A stretch of DNA of 64,000 nt. Origin: Prochlorococcus sp. AG-679-M23 (GTDB lineage Bacteria > Cyanobacteriota > Cyanobacteriia > PCC-6307 > Cyanobiaceae). Position numbers and translations under genes: made by a program. Location: the NCBI GenBank assembly GCA_003208875.1, contig QCUR01000004.1, positions 96,001 through 160,000 on the forward strand, read 5' to 3'. Positions 11,270 to 22,833 of the stretch are shown piece after piece; positions within the stretch are counted from its first letter, which is position 1; each line of letters starts with the position of its first letter. Under the pieces are notes generated by a model that saw nothing but the letters and a program-made list of their open reading frames with translations, searched no databases and had not been told where the DNA came from.

Positions 11270-13534
11270 ATGAAAGAAACTATTCAAGCAGACTGGATTA
11301 AATCAGAAGCTTTCAACCTCGAAAATTGTTGCAATGATAATCCATTAAATATTTTAGGTCCCCATTTCGTTAATGGACAGTGGGTAACAAGAGTATGGAT
11401 GCCTGAGGCAGATGAAGTAAATATTATTTTTAAAGATAAAACATATAAAACAACTAGGTTGAATCATAAATGGCTATTTGAAGTAACACTTCCTGAAGAC
11501 CCCAAAAATAATTATCAAGTAAATGTACTAAGAGGAGGAGTTTCTCATTCACAGCAAGACCCTTGGGCTTACAGGGAAGAATGGATGGGGGAATTAGACA
11601 GACACCTTTTTGCTGAAGGTAACCACCATCACATTTGGAAAAAAATGGGGGCTCACATCCATGAAGAGACAAATCAAAAAGGAGTAATGTTCTGTATTTG
11701 GGCACCAAATGCAAAATCAATCTCAATAATCGGAGATATAAATTCTTGGGACGGGAGACACCATCCTATGCAAAAAAGGCTGGGTGGTATTTGGGAGTTA
11801 TTTATGCCAATAATGAAAGAAGGAGATGCTTATAAATATGAAATAAGAACTCAAGAAGGACATATTTATGAAAAAGCTGATCCATATGGTTTCCTTCATG
11901 AAATCAGACCCCAAAATGGCTCAATAGTATCTAAACTAGATAATTTCAATTGGGAAGATAGTTCTTGGATAACTAATAGAGATTCATCTAGTCAAATTAA
12001 TAAACCTATTTCAGTTTATGAGATGCATTTGGGTAGTTGGATGCATGATTCAATTGATAATAAATATATTGAAAAAAATGGACAGTCAAGATCTCCAGTT
12101 CCTGCAGCAGATTTAAAACCTGGGACAAGATTTTTAACTTATCCAGAGTTAACTGAAAAGCTTATCCCATATGTGAAAGAAAGAGGATTTACTCATATCG
12201 AATTAATGCCTATTTCGGAACATCCTTTCGATGGTTCTTGGGGCTATCAAGTCACCGGTTGGTACGCCCCAACAAGTAGATATGGAACTCCTAATGAATT
12301 CAAAGAGTTTATAAATAGATGTCATGCAGAGGGTATAGGTGTAATTCTCGACTGGGTTCCTGGCCATTTTCCAAAAGATAAACATGGTTTAGCTTTCTTT
12401 GATGGTTGTCATCTTTATGAACACAGCGATCCTCGTATTGGAGAACATAAAGAATGGGGTACTTTAATATTTAACTACAGCAGAAATGAAGTAAGGAATT
12501 TTTTAGTCGCAAACCTTATTTATTGGTTTGAGGAATTCCATATTGATGGAATAAGAGTAGATGCTGTAGCTTCAATGTTATACAGAGACTATTTACGTCC
12601 AGAGGGTGAATGGATTCCAAATGAAAATGGTGGGAATGAAAATTTAGAAGCTGTTAAATTTCTTCAGCAAGCAAACCATGTCCTTTTTCAGCATTTTCCT
12701 GGTGCACTATCTATTGCTGAAGAATCAACAACTTGGCCAATGGTTACCGAGCCGACAAATTTAGGTGGACTAGGTTTTAATTTAAAATGGAATATGGGGT
12801 GGATGCACGATATGCTCGATTACTTTGAAATAGATCCTTGGTTTAGACAATTCCATCAAAATAGTGTGACATTTTCAATAACTTATAATTACACAGAAAA
12901 TTTTATGCTTGCCCTTAGCCATGATGAAGTTGTTCATGGAAAAAGTCATCTTTTACATAAGATGCCAGGAGATGATTGGAAAAAGTTCGCCAATACAAGG
13001 GCTTTATTAACTTACATGTGGACACATCCTGGTAAAAAGACAATTTTCATGGGAATGGAATTTGGACAAAGGCAAGAATGGAATGTTTGGGATGATCTTC
13101 AATGGGAACTCTTAGAATTTGAACCCCACAAAGGTATTAGAAACTTGATTGATGACTTAAATAAACTTTATAAAAATGAACCTTCTTTATGGAAAAATGA
13201 CTTTGATCCTTATGGATTCCAATGGATAGATTGCGATGACACATCCAATTCAGTTATCAGTTTCATGAGAAGGGAAAATGAAAGTAATGAATGGCTTGTA
13301 GTTGTTGCAAACTTTACCCCTAATTTTCATGGATCCTATAAAATAGGTGTTCCTTTAGAAGGCTTTTATAAAGAGATTTTCAATTCAGACGGTTCTAAAT
13401 ATGGCGGTAGTAACAAAGGTAATATGGGAGGTAAAGAAACTTTAAAATATAATATTCATAATTATGAAAATGCTCTTGAAATTGTTTTACCACCACTGAG
13501 TGTAAGTATATTTAAGCATCAACTAAACAGATAA
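11270..13534 (+). CDS. glgB: 1,4-alpha-glucan branching enzyme
   Basis: [38 protein letters not shown]. Confidence 0.97.
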   Translation: MKETIQADWIKSEAFNLENCCNDNPLNILGPHFVNGQWVTRVWMPEADEVNIIFKDKTYKTTRLNHKWLFEVTLPEDPKNNYQVNVLRGGVSHSQQDPWAYREEWMGELDRHLFAEGNHHHIWKKMGAHIHEETNQKGVMFCIWAPNAKSISIIGDINSWDGRHHPMQKRLGGIWELFMPIMKEGDAYKYEIRTQEGHIYEKADPYGFLHEIRPQNGSIVSKLDNFNWEDSSWITNRDSSSQINKPISVYEMHLGSWMHDSIDNKYIEKNGQSRSPVPAADLKPGTRFLTYPELTEKLIPYVKERGFTHIELMPISEHPFDGSWGYQVTGWYAPTSRYGTPNEFKEFINRCHAEGIGVILDWVPGHFPKDKHGLAFFDGCHLYEHSDPRIGEHKEWGTLIFNYSRNEVRNFLVANLIYWFEEFHIDGIRVDAVASMLYRDYLRPEGEWIPNENGGNENLEAVKFLQQANHVLFQHFPGALSIAEESTTWPMVTEPTNLGGLGFNLKWNMGWMHDMLDYFEIDPWFRQFHQNSVTFSITYNYTENFMLALSHDEVVHGKSHLLHKMPGDDWKKFANTRALLTYMWTHPGKKTIFMGMEFGQRQEWNVWDDLQWELLEFEPHKGIRNLIDDLNKLYKNEPSLWKNDFDPYGFQWIDCDDTSNSVISFMRRENESNEWLVVVANFTPNFHGSYKIGVPLEGFYKEIFNSDGSKYGGSNKGNMGGKETLKYNIHNYENALEIVLPPLSVSIFKHQLNR

Positions 13535-13661
13535 TAAAGATTTATTAATTAGACAATTTCATTTAATTCTTCACATAATGATTTTAATCTGCTCCACGTT
13601 GTAAAATTTTTAGATTAAAGATTTTTAATTTTTTTTTAAAACAACATATTGAACTCAAAAA

Positions 13662-14702
13662 ATGGGTGAGAATTTACCACTTTTACTATCTGCTGCCTTA
13701 GGAAAGAAAGTTAATAGGCCTCCCGTATGGATGATGAGACAAGCAGGCAGATATATGAAGATTTATAGAGATTTAAGAGAACGCTACCCAAGCTTTAGGG
13801 AAAGATCTGAGAACCCAGAACTCTCTTATGAAATTTCAATGCAACCTTTTAAGGCTTTCAAGCCAGATGGTGTAATTCTTTTTTCAGATATACTTACCCC
13901 TCTTCCTGGAATGGGAATAAACTTTGAAATAATAGAAAGTAAGGGTCCAATAATAGAGGATCCCATAAGAAATATTCACCAAATAGAAAATTTAAAAGAA
14001 TTAGTTCCGAACGAAAGTTTAAGCTTTGTGGGAGAAGTCCTTTCATCATTAAAAAAAGATGTAAAAAATGAAGCAACGGTTCTTGGCTTTGTTGGGGCAC
14101 CTTGGACTCTGGCTGCATATGTCGTTGAAGGGAAAAGTAGTAAAAATTATTCTTTAATAAAGTCAATGGCTTTTAAAGAACCTGATTTACTTCACAAACT
14201 TCTTGATCACTTTGCAAAATCCATTGGTGAGTATTTAAAGTATCAAATAAAATCAGGCGCTCAAGTTGTACAAATTTTTGACTCTTGGGCAGGACAATTA
14301 AGTCCCCAAGACTATGATATTTTTGCTGGCCCTTATCAAAAAAAAGTTGTTGATATCGTTAAAGAAGAATTCCCAGATACTCCGATAATATTGTATATTT
14401 CGGGAAGTGCTGGGGTATTAGAAAGAATGGCTAAAACGGGTGTTGATATAATTTCACTAGACTGGACTGTAGATATTGAGGAAGCTTGCAAGCGAATTCC
14501 TACAGGAATTGGAATACAAGGAAATGTTGATCCAGGTATATTATTTGGAAATAAAGATTTAATAAAAGAGAGAATTGATAATACTTTTAATAAAGTAAAA
14601 GAGAGAAAATATATTCTTAATTTAGGTCATGGAATTTTACCAGGCACACCAGAAGAAAATGCTCAAACATTTTTTGAACATGGTAAAAAATTAACTTATT
14701 AA
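13662..14702 (+). CDS. hemE: Uroporphyrinogen decarboxylase
   Basis: [22 protein letters not shown]. Confidence 0.98.
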   Translation: MGENLPLLLSAALGKKVNRPPVWMMRQAGRYMKIYRDLRERYPSFRERSENPELSYEISMQPFKAFKPDGVILFSDILTPLPGMGINFEIIESKGPIIEDPIRNIHQIENLKELVPNESLSFVGEVLSSLKKDVKNEATVLGFVGAPWTLAAYVVEGKSSKNYSLIKSMAFKEPDLLHKLLDHFAKSIGEYLKYQIKSGAQVVQIFDSWAGQLSPQDYDIFAGPYQKKVVDIVKEEFPDTPIILYISGSAGVLERMAKTGVDIISLDWTVDIEEACKRIPTGIGIQGNVDPGILFGNKDLIKERIDNTFNKVKERKYILNLGHGILPGTPEENAQTFFEHGKKLTY

Positions 14703-14710
14703 TTTATATT

Positions 14711-15694
14711 TTGGCAATTAAAAACTTATTAATAACAGGTTCTAACGGATGTGTTGGTCAATATTTGATTGATTGGTTTTTAAAAAACACTCGATTTAGG
14801 CTTTATCTTATGGTAAGAGATAAAAATAAGCTCCCCCTTGCTATACAGAAGAACAAACGAATTAAATTGCTTATATGTGATATCAGAGAATGCAATAGAT
14901 TTAGTAAAGAAATTAGTAAGATAAATTTTCTTATCCACACTGCAACAGCTTGGGGTGATCCAAAAAGAGCCTATGATGTAAACATAAAAGCATTCGAAGA
15001 GTTACTAGGAATGCTTGACAAAGATAAATTAGAGAAAATTATTTATTTTTCAACAGCCAGCATACTCAACAAACAATGTGAATTAATGAGAGAATCTTTA
15101 ACTTATGGGACAGAATATATTCAAACAAAATATAAGTGTTTTGAAAGACTTAAAGAGAGCGCATTTGCAGAAAAAACATTCGCAGTTTTTCCTACATTAG
15201 TTTTTGGAGGGACTCTTAATAAAAGAAGTAAGTATCCCGTAAGCTATTTAACAAGCGGTTTGAAAGAAATAAATAAATGGCTTTGGTTGGCAAGATTTCT
15301 AAAACTTGACTCAAAGTTTCACTTTATACATGCCAATGATATTGCACAAATTTGTGGATTTCTTATTAAAAATCATAAGGAAGAGAATTACAAAGGGTTC
15401 AAAAAGTTTGTATTAGGTCAAAACTTTATTTCAATTGATGATGCGATAAATATCCTTTTAAACAGAAACGGAATAAATAGATATTTTTCCATCCCCTTAA
15501 CAAAAACAATCATGAAAATATTATTAAGAGTGCTTCCTATTCAGATGACTCCTTGGGATAGCTTCAGCATAAAAAAATATGACTTTAACCATGTGCACAT
15601 AACGAATCCTGAGAAATTAAATTTAAAAAGTTATGCTAGATCCCTGCAAGATGTTTTAAGGTTATCAAAGTTACCAGGTTGTAATATCAATTAA
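14711..15694 (+). CDS. NAD-dependent epimerase/dehydratase family protein
   Basis: ITGSNGCVG Rossmann motif, YIQTK (YxxxK). Confidence 0.8.
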   Translation: MAIKNLLITGSNGCVGQYLIDWFLKNTRFRLYLMVRDKNKLPLAIQKNKRIKLLICDIRECNRFSKEISKINFLIHTATAWGDPKRAYDVNIKAFEELLGMLDKDKLEKIIYFSTASILNKQCELMRESLTYGTEYIQTKYKCFERLKESAFAEKTFAVFPTLVFGGTLNKRSKYPVSYLTSGLKEINKWLWLARFLKLDSKFHFIHANDIAQICGFLIKNHKEENYKGFKKFVLGQNFISIDDAINILLNRNGINRYFSIPLTKTIMKILLRVLPIQMTPWDSFSIKKYDFNHVHITNPEKLNLKSYARSLQDVLRLSKLPGCNIN

Positions 15695-15752
15695 ACTTCT
15701 CGCGAATTAGTTCCAAAAACCTTGTAATATATATAAATAGTAAATTTAAATT

Positions 15753-16103
15753 ATGTTACGTTCATTTTTTACGGGTTTTTTTGCAATAGTTTTAACTCTT
15801 GGCCTAGGAATTTCTTCTGTTTCTGCTAAAACTGTTGAAGTTAAGCTTGGTACTGACGCTGGAATGTTAGCTTTTGAACCAAGTTCAATAACTATCAGTA
15901 CAGGTGATACTGTTAAATTCATCAATAATAAATTAGCTCCACATAATGCTGTTTTTGATGGCCATGAAGAATTAAGTCATGCTGATTTAGCTTTTGCTCC
16001 TGGCGAATCATGGGAAGAAACATTTGATACAGCAGGAACTTTTGACTACTATTGTGAGCCTCACAGAGGTGCAGGGATGGTAGGTAAAGTTATTGTTGAA
16101 TAA
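15753..16103 (+). CDS. petE: Plastocyanin
   Basis: Signal peptide; PHN and [11 protein letters not shown] copper ligands. Confidence 0.98.
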   Translation: MLRSFFTGFFAIVLTLGLGISSVSAKTVEVKLGTDAGMLAFEPSSITISTGDTVKFINNKLAPHNAVFDGHEELSHADLAFAPGESWEETFDTAGTFDYYCEPHRGAGMVGKVIVE

Positions 16104-16107
16104 AATC

Positions 16108-16167
16108 CTTAATTAATTAAAAAATATTCACTAAATAGTGCAATTATTTTAATTAATTAAGTTTATT
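16108..16167 (+). terminator. Long AT-rich hairpin after petE (terminator or 3' stabiliser)
   Basis: Perfect 15-bp inverted repeat CTTAATTAATTAAAA (16108-16122) / TTTTAATTAATTAAG (16147-16161), inner CACTA/TAGTG, followed by TTTATT. Confidence 0.55.
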
Positions 16168-16179
16168 AAATTGGATTAA

Positions 16180-18762
16180 ATGAAAATTTCCCCAAGTGAA
16201 TTCTCAAATTCTGCTTGGGATATTTTTATTTTATCAAAGGAAATTGCACATAATAATTTTCAGCAAAATGTAGATTCTGAAAATATATTGCTTGCACTAA
16301 TAAAACAAGATATTTTTACCTCTAAAATTCTAAAAAAAAATTGTGTAAATATTAGAAAGATAGAAACAAAGTTAAATTCTTTATTGAATGCGAAAGCAAA
16401 AATGAAGAATAAACAAAAAACTCTATTTATAGGCGAAACCACAGAAAAAGTTTTTTTAAAAGCAAACGATTTAAGAGTTTCGTTTAATGATGTAGTGATA
16501 TCAACAGAACACATACTTTACGGTTTAACATATGATGAAGTTTGCAATGAATTAGTTTTAAATACAAAAAAAATTCCGGAATTTTTAGAACTTTTAAATA
16601 AGATGAAATCTGAATCCACGATTAATGATAATTTTGAAAGTTCAAATGAAACTTTAGATAAATTCGGCATTGATCTTACGAAATCAGCTAGGGATGGAAT
16701 CCTTGACCCTGTTATTGGAAGGGATGAAGAAATCAGAAGAACAATCCAGATTTTAAGCAGAAGAACCAAAAATAATCCTATTCTAATAGGAGAACCTGGA
16801 GTGGGTAAAACTGCAATAGTAGAAGGTTTAGCGCAGCGAATAGTTAATGGAGATGTCCCATCTTCATTAAATAATAGGCAATTAATATCAATCGATATGG
16901 GTTCATTAATAGCTGGAGCAAAATATCGAGGCGAATTTGAAGAGAGAATTAAAAATGTTTTAAAAAAAGTTAAAAGTTCTGAAGGTAAGATTATTCTTTT
17001 TATAGATGAAATTCATACAGTTGTTGGAGCTGGAGCAACTGGAGGATCTTTAGATGCCAGTAATCTTTTAAAACCAATGCTCGCAAGGGGGGAATTAAGA
17101 TGTATAGGTGCTACGACAATTAATGAGCATAAACAAAATATTGAAAAAGATCCCGCGCTTGAAAGGAGATTTCAGAAAATAAAAATTAACGCTCCTTCAG
17201 TAGATGATACGATTTCAATACTTAGAGGGCTAAGAGAAAAATATGAGGTTCATCATAGTGTAAGAATTTCTGATAATGCTCTTGTTGCAGCTGCCAGCTT
17301 AAGTGAGAGATATATAAATGATAGATTTCTACCAGATAAAGCAATCGATTTAATTGATGAAGCCGCTTCAAGATTAAATATGGTAATTACATCCAAACCA
17401 GAAGAAATTGATGAAATTGATAGAAAAGTTTTACAACTAGAAATGGAGAATTTATCCTTAAAAAGGGAATCAGATGATTTTTCTTTAGAAAGGCTAAAAA
17501 GAATTAATAATGAGCTTCAAGATCTTAAGATTAGGCAATCCGAATTAAATAATCAATGGAGAAAAGAGAAAGAAGAAATTGATGAGATTAGTAATTTAAA
17601 AGAAGAAATTGAATCTACTCAATTAAAAATAGAACAAGCCAAAAGAAGTTTTGATCTCAATAAAGCAGCAGAATTAGAATTTGGAACTTTAATTTCTTTA
17701 CAAACAAAATTAAAGACAAAAAGTGAAAATTTAGTAGATTCTTTTAAAAATGGTGAAAAGAATCTTTTAAGGCAAGAAGTTAATTTTGATGATATTGCGG
17801 AAGTTGTCTCGAAGTGGACTTCTATCCCAGTAAATAATTTAAACCAATCTGAAAAAGAAAAACTTTTAAAACTTGAATCAACTCTTAAAGAAAAAATTAT
17901 TGGTCAAAAAAATGCTATCTGCGCTGTTTCAGATTCAATCAAGAGATCAAGGACAGGACTAAATGATCCGAATAGACCAATAGCTAGTTTCTTATTTTTA
18001 GGGCCAACAGGAGTAGGAAAGACTGAACTAAGCAAAGTAATAGCCAAAACAATATTCGACTCAAATTCATCAATAACGAGACTAGACATGTCAGAGTATA
18101 TGGAAAAGCATTCTGTAAGCAAAATTATTGGTGCCCCTCCAGGGTATCTAGGTTTTGAATCAGGAGGCCAATTAACCGAAGCCGTGAGGAAAAACCCTTA
18201 CTCTCTTATACTCCTTGATGAAATAGAAAAAGCCCACAAAGATGTTTTGGATATCTTATTACAAGTTCTTGATGATGGAATTATTACCGATGGGCAAGGA
18301 AGAACAATTAGTTTTAAAAATTCAATAATTGTTCTTACAAGTAATTTAGGAGGTCAATCTATAAACGATTTATCTATTAGGAACGAAGATAAAAATGAAA
18401 TTAATAATGTTGTGCACGTTGAATTGAAGAAATTTTTCAAACCAGAATTCTTAAACCGCCTAGATGAAATAATAATATTTCAAAAGTTGGAATTAAATGA
18501 ATTAAAAGATATAGCTAAAATTCAACTAAAGAACCTAGAAAAAAGGCTAATCAAAAAAGACTTTAACTTTAAAATTACAGATGAGGCTATTGACCATCTG
18601 GTCAAAAATAGTTTTGATAATAGTTATGGAGCTAGGCCATTAAAAAGGATTATTCAAAAAGAAATTGAGACAAAAATTGCAAATAATATTCTCAATAACA
18701 ATTATTTAAATAAAAAAGAGGTTTATATTTCTATTAAAGATGGATATATATTTGTAGATTGA
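16180..18762 (+). CDS. clpB: ClpB AAA+ disaggregase
   Basis: Two Walker A motifs ([16 protein letters not shown]) and a long middle coiled-coil domain. Confidence 0.93.
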   Translation: MKISPSEFSNSAWDIFILSKEIAHNNFQQNVDSENILLALIKQDIFTSKILKKNCVNIRKIETKLNSLLNAKAKMKNKQKTLFIGETTEKVFLKANDLRVSFNDVVISTEHILYGLTYDEVCNELVLNTKKIPEFLELLNKMKSESTINDNFESSNETLDKFGIDLTKSARDGILDPVIGRDEEIRRTIQILSRRTKNNPILIGEPGVGKTAIVEGLAQRIVNGDVPSSLNNRQLISIDMGSLIAGAKYRGEFEERIKNVLKKVKSSEGKIILFIDEIHTVVGAGATGGSLDASNLLKPMLARGELRCIGATTINEHKQNIEKDPALERRFQKIKINAPSVDDTISILRGLREKYEVHHSVRISDNALVAAASLSERYINDRFLPDKAIDLIDEAASRLNMVITSKPEEIDEIDRKVLQLEMENLSLKRESDDFSLERLKRINNELQDLKIRQSELNNQWRKEKEEIDEISNLKEEIESTQLKIEQAKRSFDLNKAAELEFGTLISLQTKLKTKSENLVDSFKNGEKNLLRQEVNFDDIAEVVSKWTSIPVNNLNQSEKEKLLKLESTLKEKIIGQKNAICAVSDSIKRSRTGLNDPNRPIASFLFLGPTGVGKTELSKVIAKTIFDSNSSITRLDMSEYMEKHSVSKIIGAPPGYLGFESGGQLTEAVRKNPYSLILLDEIEKAHKDVLDILLQVLDDGIITDGQGRTISFKNSIIVLTSNLGGQSINDLSIRNEDKNEINNVVHVELKKFFKPEFLNRLDEIIIFQKLELNELKDIAKIQLKNLEKRLIKKDFNFKITDEAIDHLVKNSFDNSYGARPLKRIIQKEIETKIANNILNNNYLNKKEVYISIKDGYIFVD

Positions 18763-18814
18763 TATTTTAATAATATATAAATTTAAACTTTAAATAAAAA
18801 CTTTTAAATAAATC

Positions 18815-19279
18815 TTAAAACCACTCTGGGAATCTTTCATAACTAGCAGAATTTGATTTATTTTCTTTTGATTCAGTTTTCCAGCAACATGTTCTTCCTT
18901 TATCATTATCCTTCAAGTATTCATTAGCCCATTGCCAAATCATTTCAGAAGAAAATTCCATTCCAACATTATCCATAATCTTCAAATTTAAAGCATCTAA
19001 ATCATGTAATTTCCTCCAGTAATTTAATAAAGGGTCATCACTATTTACAAGAAATGTATGATCAAACTGTTCTTTAAGCCTTTTCTCAAGAGGTTTCAAA
19101 CCAGAAAAATCAACCACAAAACCATTTTTATCCAATTCTTTCGCAGCAAACCAAAAGGTAAATGTCCTCGAATAACCATGAACAAATCTACAGTGTCCAT
19201 CATGGCGCCATTGCCTATGAGAACAGGGAAAATCCTCATAACTTTTGCTGCAAGAAAATTTTGATGAATGAATATCCAT
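18815..19279 (-). CDS. 6-pyruvoyl-tetrahydropterin / 6-carboxytetrahydropterin synthase family (QueD-like)
   Basis: SHRQ..HDGHCRFVHGY, GFVVDF, FDHTFL. Confidence 0.85.
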   Translation of the reverse strand: MDIHSSKFSCSKSYEDFPCSHRQWRHDGHCRFVHGYSRTFTFWFAAKELDKNGFVVDFSGLKPLEKRLKEQFDHTFLVNSDDPLLNYWRKLHDLDALNLKIMDNVGMEFSSEMIWQWANEYLKDNDKGRTCCWKTESKENKSNSASYERFPEWF

Positions 19280-19342
19280 TAATAAACTGATAAGATAAAC
19301 TTTAGTAAAACAAAGAGTAAGAGGTCTAACACATTAAATATA

Positions 19343-20008
19343 ATGGCTTATTCAAAAAATTTTTCCATAGAAGAACTTCGTTTTGATAATAATGGATTAA
19401 TCCCTGCAATAGCACAAGATTGGTTAGACGGATCCATTCTTATGTTGGCTTGGATGAATAAAGAATCTTTAAATAAAACACTCGAAACAAGAAATGTACA
19501 TTACTGGAGTCGATCTAGATCCGAGATATGGAGAAAAGGAGCAACGAGCGGAAGTACCCAATTTCTTAAAGAAATTAGATTTGATTGCGATAATGATGCA
19601 CTTGTTCTTTCGATAGAACAGAATGGCTCAGGGGCATGTCATACAGGCGAAAAAAGTTGTTTTTTCAATGAAATAGATAGTAATTCAATTAATAAAACAG
19701 CAAAGAAAATAAGTCCTTTTTCTAATATTTGCTCAGAATTATTTGATACACTTAATGAAAGATCAATTAATCCTATAGAAAAAAGTTATACAAATCATTT
19801 GTTAACAAAAGGTAGTAATACTATCTTAAAAAAAATGGGAGAAGAAACTGCTGAATTTATTATGGCGTGCAAAGATAATAACAAAGATGAAATTGCAAAT
19901 GAAGCTTCTGATATAATTTATCATCTTCAAGTTGCATTGCTACATAAGGGAGTTAAGTGGAGAGATGTACTAAATGTTCTTGAATCAAGAAGGAAAAAAA
20001 ATAATTAA
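19343..20008 (+). CDS. hisIE: Bifunctional phosphoribosyl-AMP cyclohydrolase / phosphoribosyl-ATP diphosphatase
   Basis: WSRSR..W.KG.TSG, DCD.D, ACHTGEKSCF, KKMGEE. Confidence 0.97.
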   Translation: MAYSKNFSIEELRFDNNGLIPAIAQDWLDGSILMLAWMNKESLNKTLETRNVHYWSRSRSEIWRKGATSGSTQFLKEIRFDCDNDALVLSIEQNGSGACHTGEKSCFFNEIDSNSINKTAKKISPFSNICSELFDTLNERSINPIEKSYTNHLLTKGSNTILKKMGEETAEFIMACKDNNKDEIANEASDIIYHLQVALLHKGVKWRDVLNVLESRRKKNN

Positions 20009-20058
20009 ATACATATAAATTGGTAAGTAAAAATTTAATCAAATTAATAAATAATTAT

Positions 20059-20090
20059 TATTAATTAAATATTAATTAAATATTAATTAA
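20059..20090. repeat. Three tandem copies of the 11-bp unit TATTAATTAAA (third copy 10 bp)
   Basis: Copies at 20059-20069, 20070-20080, 20081-20090 inside an all-A/T stretch. Confidence 0.7.
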
Positions 20091-20157
20091 TTATTACATG
20101 TATAGCTTATTAAGAAATTAACTATAAGTTAAATACATTACGTAAAAGGTGTAAATC

Positions 20158-21081
20158 GTGAGTTCATTAAGCGATTTTCTTGGAGAAATAGGTCGTCATC
20201 AACTTTTGACACCAGAGAAGGAACTCACTATGGGAAGAAAAGTCCAAGAAATGGTAGTACTTATCAATAGATGTCAAACAGCCGGTGGTAAAGGTCCTGA
20301 TTGTGAATATTCCGAAGAGGAAAAAAAGAAAATAAAAATTGGGGAAAAAGCTAAGAATGAAATGATTACGGCAAATCTAAGATTAGTAGTTAATCTTTCA
20401 AAAAGATATCAAGGGAAAGGTTTAGATTTATTGGATTTAATTCAAGAAGGCACTCTTGGACTTACGCGAGCTGTAGAGAAATACGACCCTTCAAGGGGGC
20501 ATAGATTCTCTACTTACGCTTACTGGTGGATAAGGCAGGGACTAAACAGAGCACTCTCAACGCAAAGTAGAACAATAAGAATACCAGTAAACATTAATGA
20601 AAAGCTTACTAAATTAAGAGCAGCAAAATCAAAATTAATGCAACTTAAAGGTTTTCCTCCCACTAGCATTGAGTTAGCAAATGAACTGAAAATCACTAAA
20701 GAGGAGATAGATGAGCTACTTTCTTGTGAATTAAAGAGTATCACTGTAAGTCTTCAAGGTACGGTAAAATCAAAGTCGGATCCATCTGAACTTGTTGATA
20801 TTCTGCCAAGCGATCAAACGCCTCCAATGGAATTAGCAGAACTAGCTGAGAGGACAGCCTCTGCATGGACATTATTAGACAAGGCAAATCTTACTGAAAA
20901 AGAAAGAAAGATTGTAAGCCTAAGATTCGGTTTAGATGGTTCAAATGAATGGAGAACTTTAGCAGAAGTTGCAAGACATATGAGTTGTAGTAGAGAATAT
21001 TGCAGACAAGTTGTACAAAGGGCCTTGAGAAAGCTTAGGAAAGCAGGAATCCAAAATGGACTAGTTGATAGTGTTAGCTAA
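20158..21081 (+). CDS. Group 2 sigma-70 RNA polymerase sigma factor
   Basis: ANLRLVV, DLIQEG, RFSTYAYWWIRQG, region 4 HTH; GTG start. Confidence 0.93.
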   Translation: MSSLSDFLGEIGRHQLLTPEKELTMGRKVQEMVVLINRCQTAGGKGPDCEYSEEEKKKIKIGEKAKNEMITANLRLVVNLSKRYQGKGLDLLDLIQEGTLGLTRAVEKYDPSRGHRFSTYAYWWIRQGLNRALSTQSRTIRIPVNINEKLTKLRAAKSKLMQLKGFPPTSIELANELKITKEEIDELLSCELKSITVSLQGTVKSKSDPSELVDILPSDQTPPMELAELAERTASAWTLLDKANLTEKERKIVSLRFGLDGSNEWRTLAEVARHMSCSREYCRQVVQRALRKLRKAGIQNGLVDSVS

Positions 21082-21108
21082 AAGTCATTAATTAACTAAA
21101 TTAAAATT

Positions 21109-21483
21109 ATGAATAATAGCTATTACGAAAACAAAGAAAAAATTTATGATGCAGAGGTTTTAGAAAGTTCATCATTAGATGAAAATATCATTATAAAAAT
21201 CTTAATAAGGGCTGGCAGAACTATTGCAAAACCAGCTTTAGAAGTTCTAGAAATGGCCCTCGATCCTTTTACTCCAACGCAAGTAAGAGTTTCCTTAATG
21301 GCCGCACTAGCTTATTTAATAATGCCATTTGATCTATTCCCTGACTTTATGCCTTTAGTAGGTTACAGTGATGACTTTGTTGCCCTCACTGCAGTTTTAA
21401 GTATCTGGAGTAGATATATGACTCCATCAATAAGAGCAAGGGCAGAAAGGAAACTTAATAAATTATTTCCTTTTATTAAATGA
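21109..21483 (+). CDS. YkvA/DUF1232 family membrane protein
   Basis: ALAYLIMPFDLFPDFMPLVGYSDD signature. Confidence 0.9.
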   Translation: MNNSYYENKEKIYDAEVLESSSLDENIIIKILIRAGRTIAKPALEVLEMALDPFTPTQVRVSLMAALAYLIMPFDLFPDFMPLVGYSDDFVALTAVLSIWSRYMTPSIRARAERKLNKLFPFIK

Positions 21484-21800
21484 GTAAGCTATCTCAGCGA
21501 GAAGAAAAAGAACTTATGTCTTTTATTAAAGATTGGTTAAAATCCCATGGATATACACAAAAAGATCTAGCTAATGAATTAAATATCAAATCAAGCCGAA
21601 CCTCCGAAATTAATCAAAAAGTTAAAGAATTTTATAAAAAAGGAGGAATTTTCAATATTATAAAAAATCTCATAAAGATAGAACAAAACTGGCTAAACAA
21701 TATTCGAACTAATTCTCAAGGAATAAACGAAACTCACCCATATAATCAATTAGATATCGACTCCTTAGTTAACCAAATAAAAAAAGATAGTAGTAAATAA
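21480..21800 (+). CDS. Hypothetical protein with XRE-like HTH pattern
   Basis: ATGA-type overlap with the upstream gene; LKSHGYTQKDLANELNIKSSRTSEI. Confidence 0.6.
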   Translation: MSKLSQREEKELMSFIKDWLKSHGYTQKDLANELNIKSSRTSEINQKVKEFYKKGGIFNIIKNLIKIEQNWLNNIRTNSQGINETHPYNQLDIDSLVNQIKKDSSK

Positions 21801-22014
21801 ATATTTAAACTAAGCAATTTTTTTATTTAAAACATACTTACTTACTTATATAGAGAATATTTTAAAAATCATTTTTATTAAAATTTAAATTATTTCTATA
21901 TCATTTTTCTCATTAAATATAAAAACTTATTTTACAAGTTAAAAATTAATCGCAGTTCTAATAATAAATAAAATTAACTAAAAGATTATCGCTTTTTTAT
22001 TAATTAAAACTTTA

Positions 22015-22287
22015 TTAAAATGCTTGGATCCATGGATAAATATCAAAATTAATCCATATACCTTCTTGCCAATAAATATCTTTCTCAATTAGTTCTCTTA
22101 ATTCATTTTCATTATTAGCATTAAAAATAGCAAATAAATATTTTGTACATTTAGTAGGTCCTAAAGTAATTAAAATATTTCTATCTTTTAAATCCCCAAG
22201 TCTATCAAGATGATTTTTACGGAATGGTTCCCTTTTATTAATTGCATCATCACAATACTGGCCAAATACTATAAATTTTTCCATCAT
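22015..22287 (-). CDS. YciI family protein
   Basis: REPFRKNHL, LGPT, D.YWQEGIW. Confidence 0.85.
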   Translation of the reverse strand: MMEKFIVFGQYCDDAINKREPFRKNHLDRLGDLKDRNILITLGPTKCTKYLFAIFNANNENELRELIEKDIYWQEGIWINFDIYPWIQAF

Positions 22288-22383
22288 TAAAAGATAACTA
22301 ATTGAATAAATATATAATTAATAATTGCACAAATTACACACTAATTGCTATGTTAATTAAGAATAACTTTTTATTAATTTATT

Positions 22384-22743
22384 ATGCTAAGCGGTAGCGA
22401 TCTCCTTGCTAAAGTTAAAGAACTTGGTGATGTAAGTAAGTCAGATCTTGTTCGTGCATGTGGATATGTTTCCACGAAAAAAAATGGAAGCGAACGTTTA
22501 AATTTCACTGCCTTTTATGAAGCACTTCTCGAAGCAAAAGGCGTTAACCTAGGCGATGCTGGAGTTGCTGGTATTGGTAAGGGTGGCAGAAAATTAAGTT
22601 ACATCGCGACAGTACAAGGAAATGGTAATCTTTTGATTGGAAAAGCATATACTGCACTTTTAGACTTAAAAGCAGGTGATGAGTTTGAAATAAAACTTGG
22701 TAGAAAACAAATAAGATTATTACCTTCAGTAGAATCCGCATAA
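22384..22743 (+). CDS. Cyanobacterial AbrB-like transcriptional regulator
   Basis: L.G.DLL.KVK, ACGY, FYEALLEAKG, VQGNGNLLIGKAYT, GDEFEIKLGRKQIRL. Confidence 0.93.
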   Translation: MLSGSDLLAKVKELGDVSKSDLVRACGYVSTKKNGSERLNFTAFYEALLEAKGVNLGDAGVAGIGKGGRKLSYIATVQGNGNLLIGKAYTALLDLKAGDEFEIKLGRKQIRLLPSVESA

Positions 22744-22768
22744 ACTAATATTTTAAATATAAAAAATT

Positions 22769-22795
22769 AAACCCCTTTTCATTTAGGGGTTTTTT
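22769..22795 (+). terminator. Rho-independent terminator between convergent abrB-like gene and trpA
   Basis: AAACCCCT-N8-AGGGGTTT with a T tract downstream and an A-rich run upstream. Confidence 0.8.
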
Positions 22796-22833
22796 AATAA
22801 AATAAACTTACAAAATTAGCTTTAAAATTACAC

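Noticed and set aside
16104..16179. CIRCE element upstream of clpB
   Set aside because: The inverted repeat does not match TTAGCACTC-N9-GAGTGCTAA and fits a petE 3' hairpin better
21801..22014. Very AT-rich 214-bp spacer considered as an sRNA or gene remnant
   Set aside because: No convincing stem, repeat or ORF was visible
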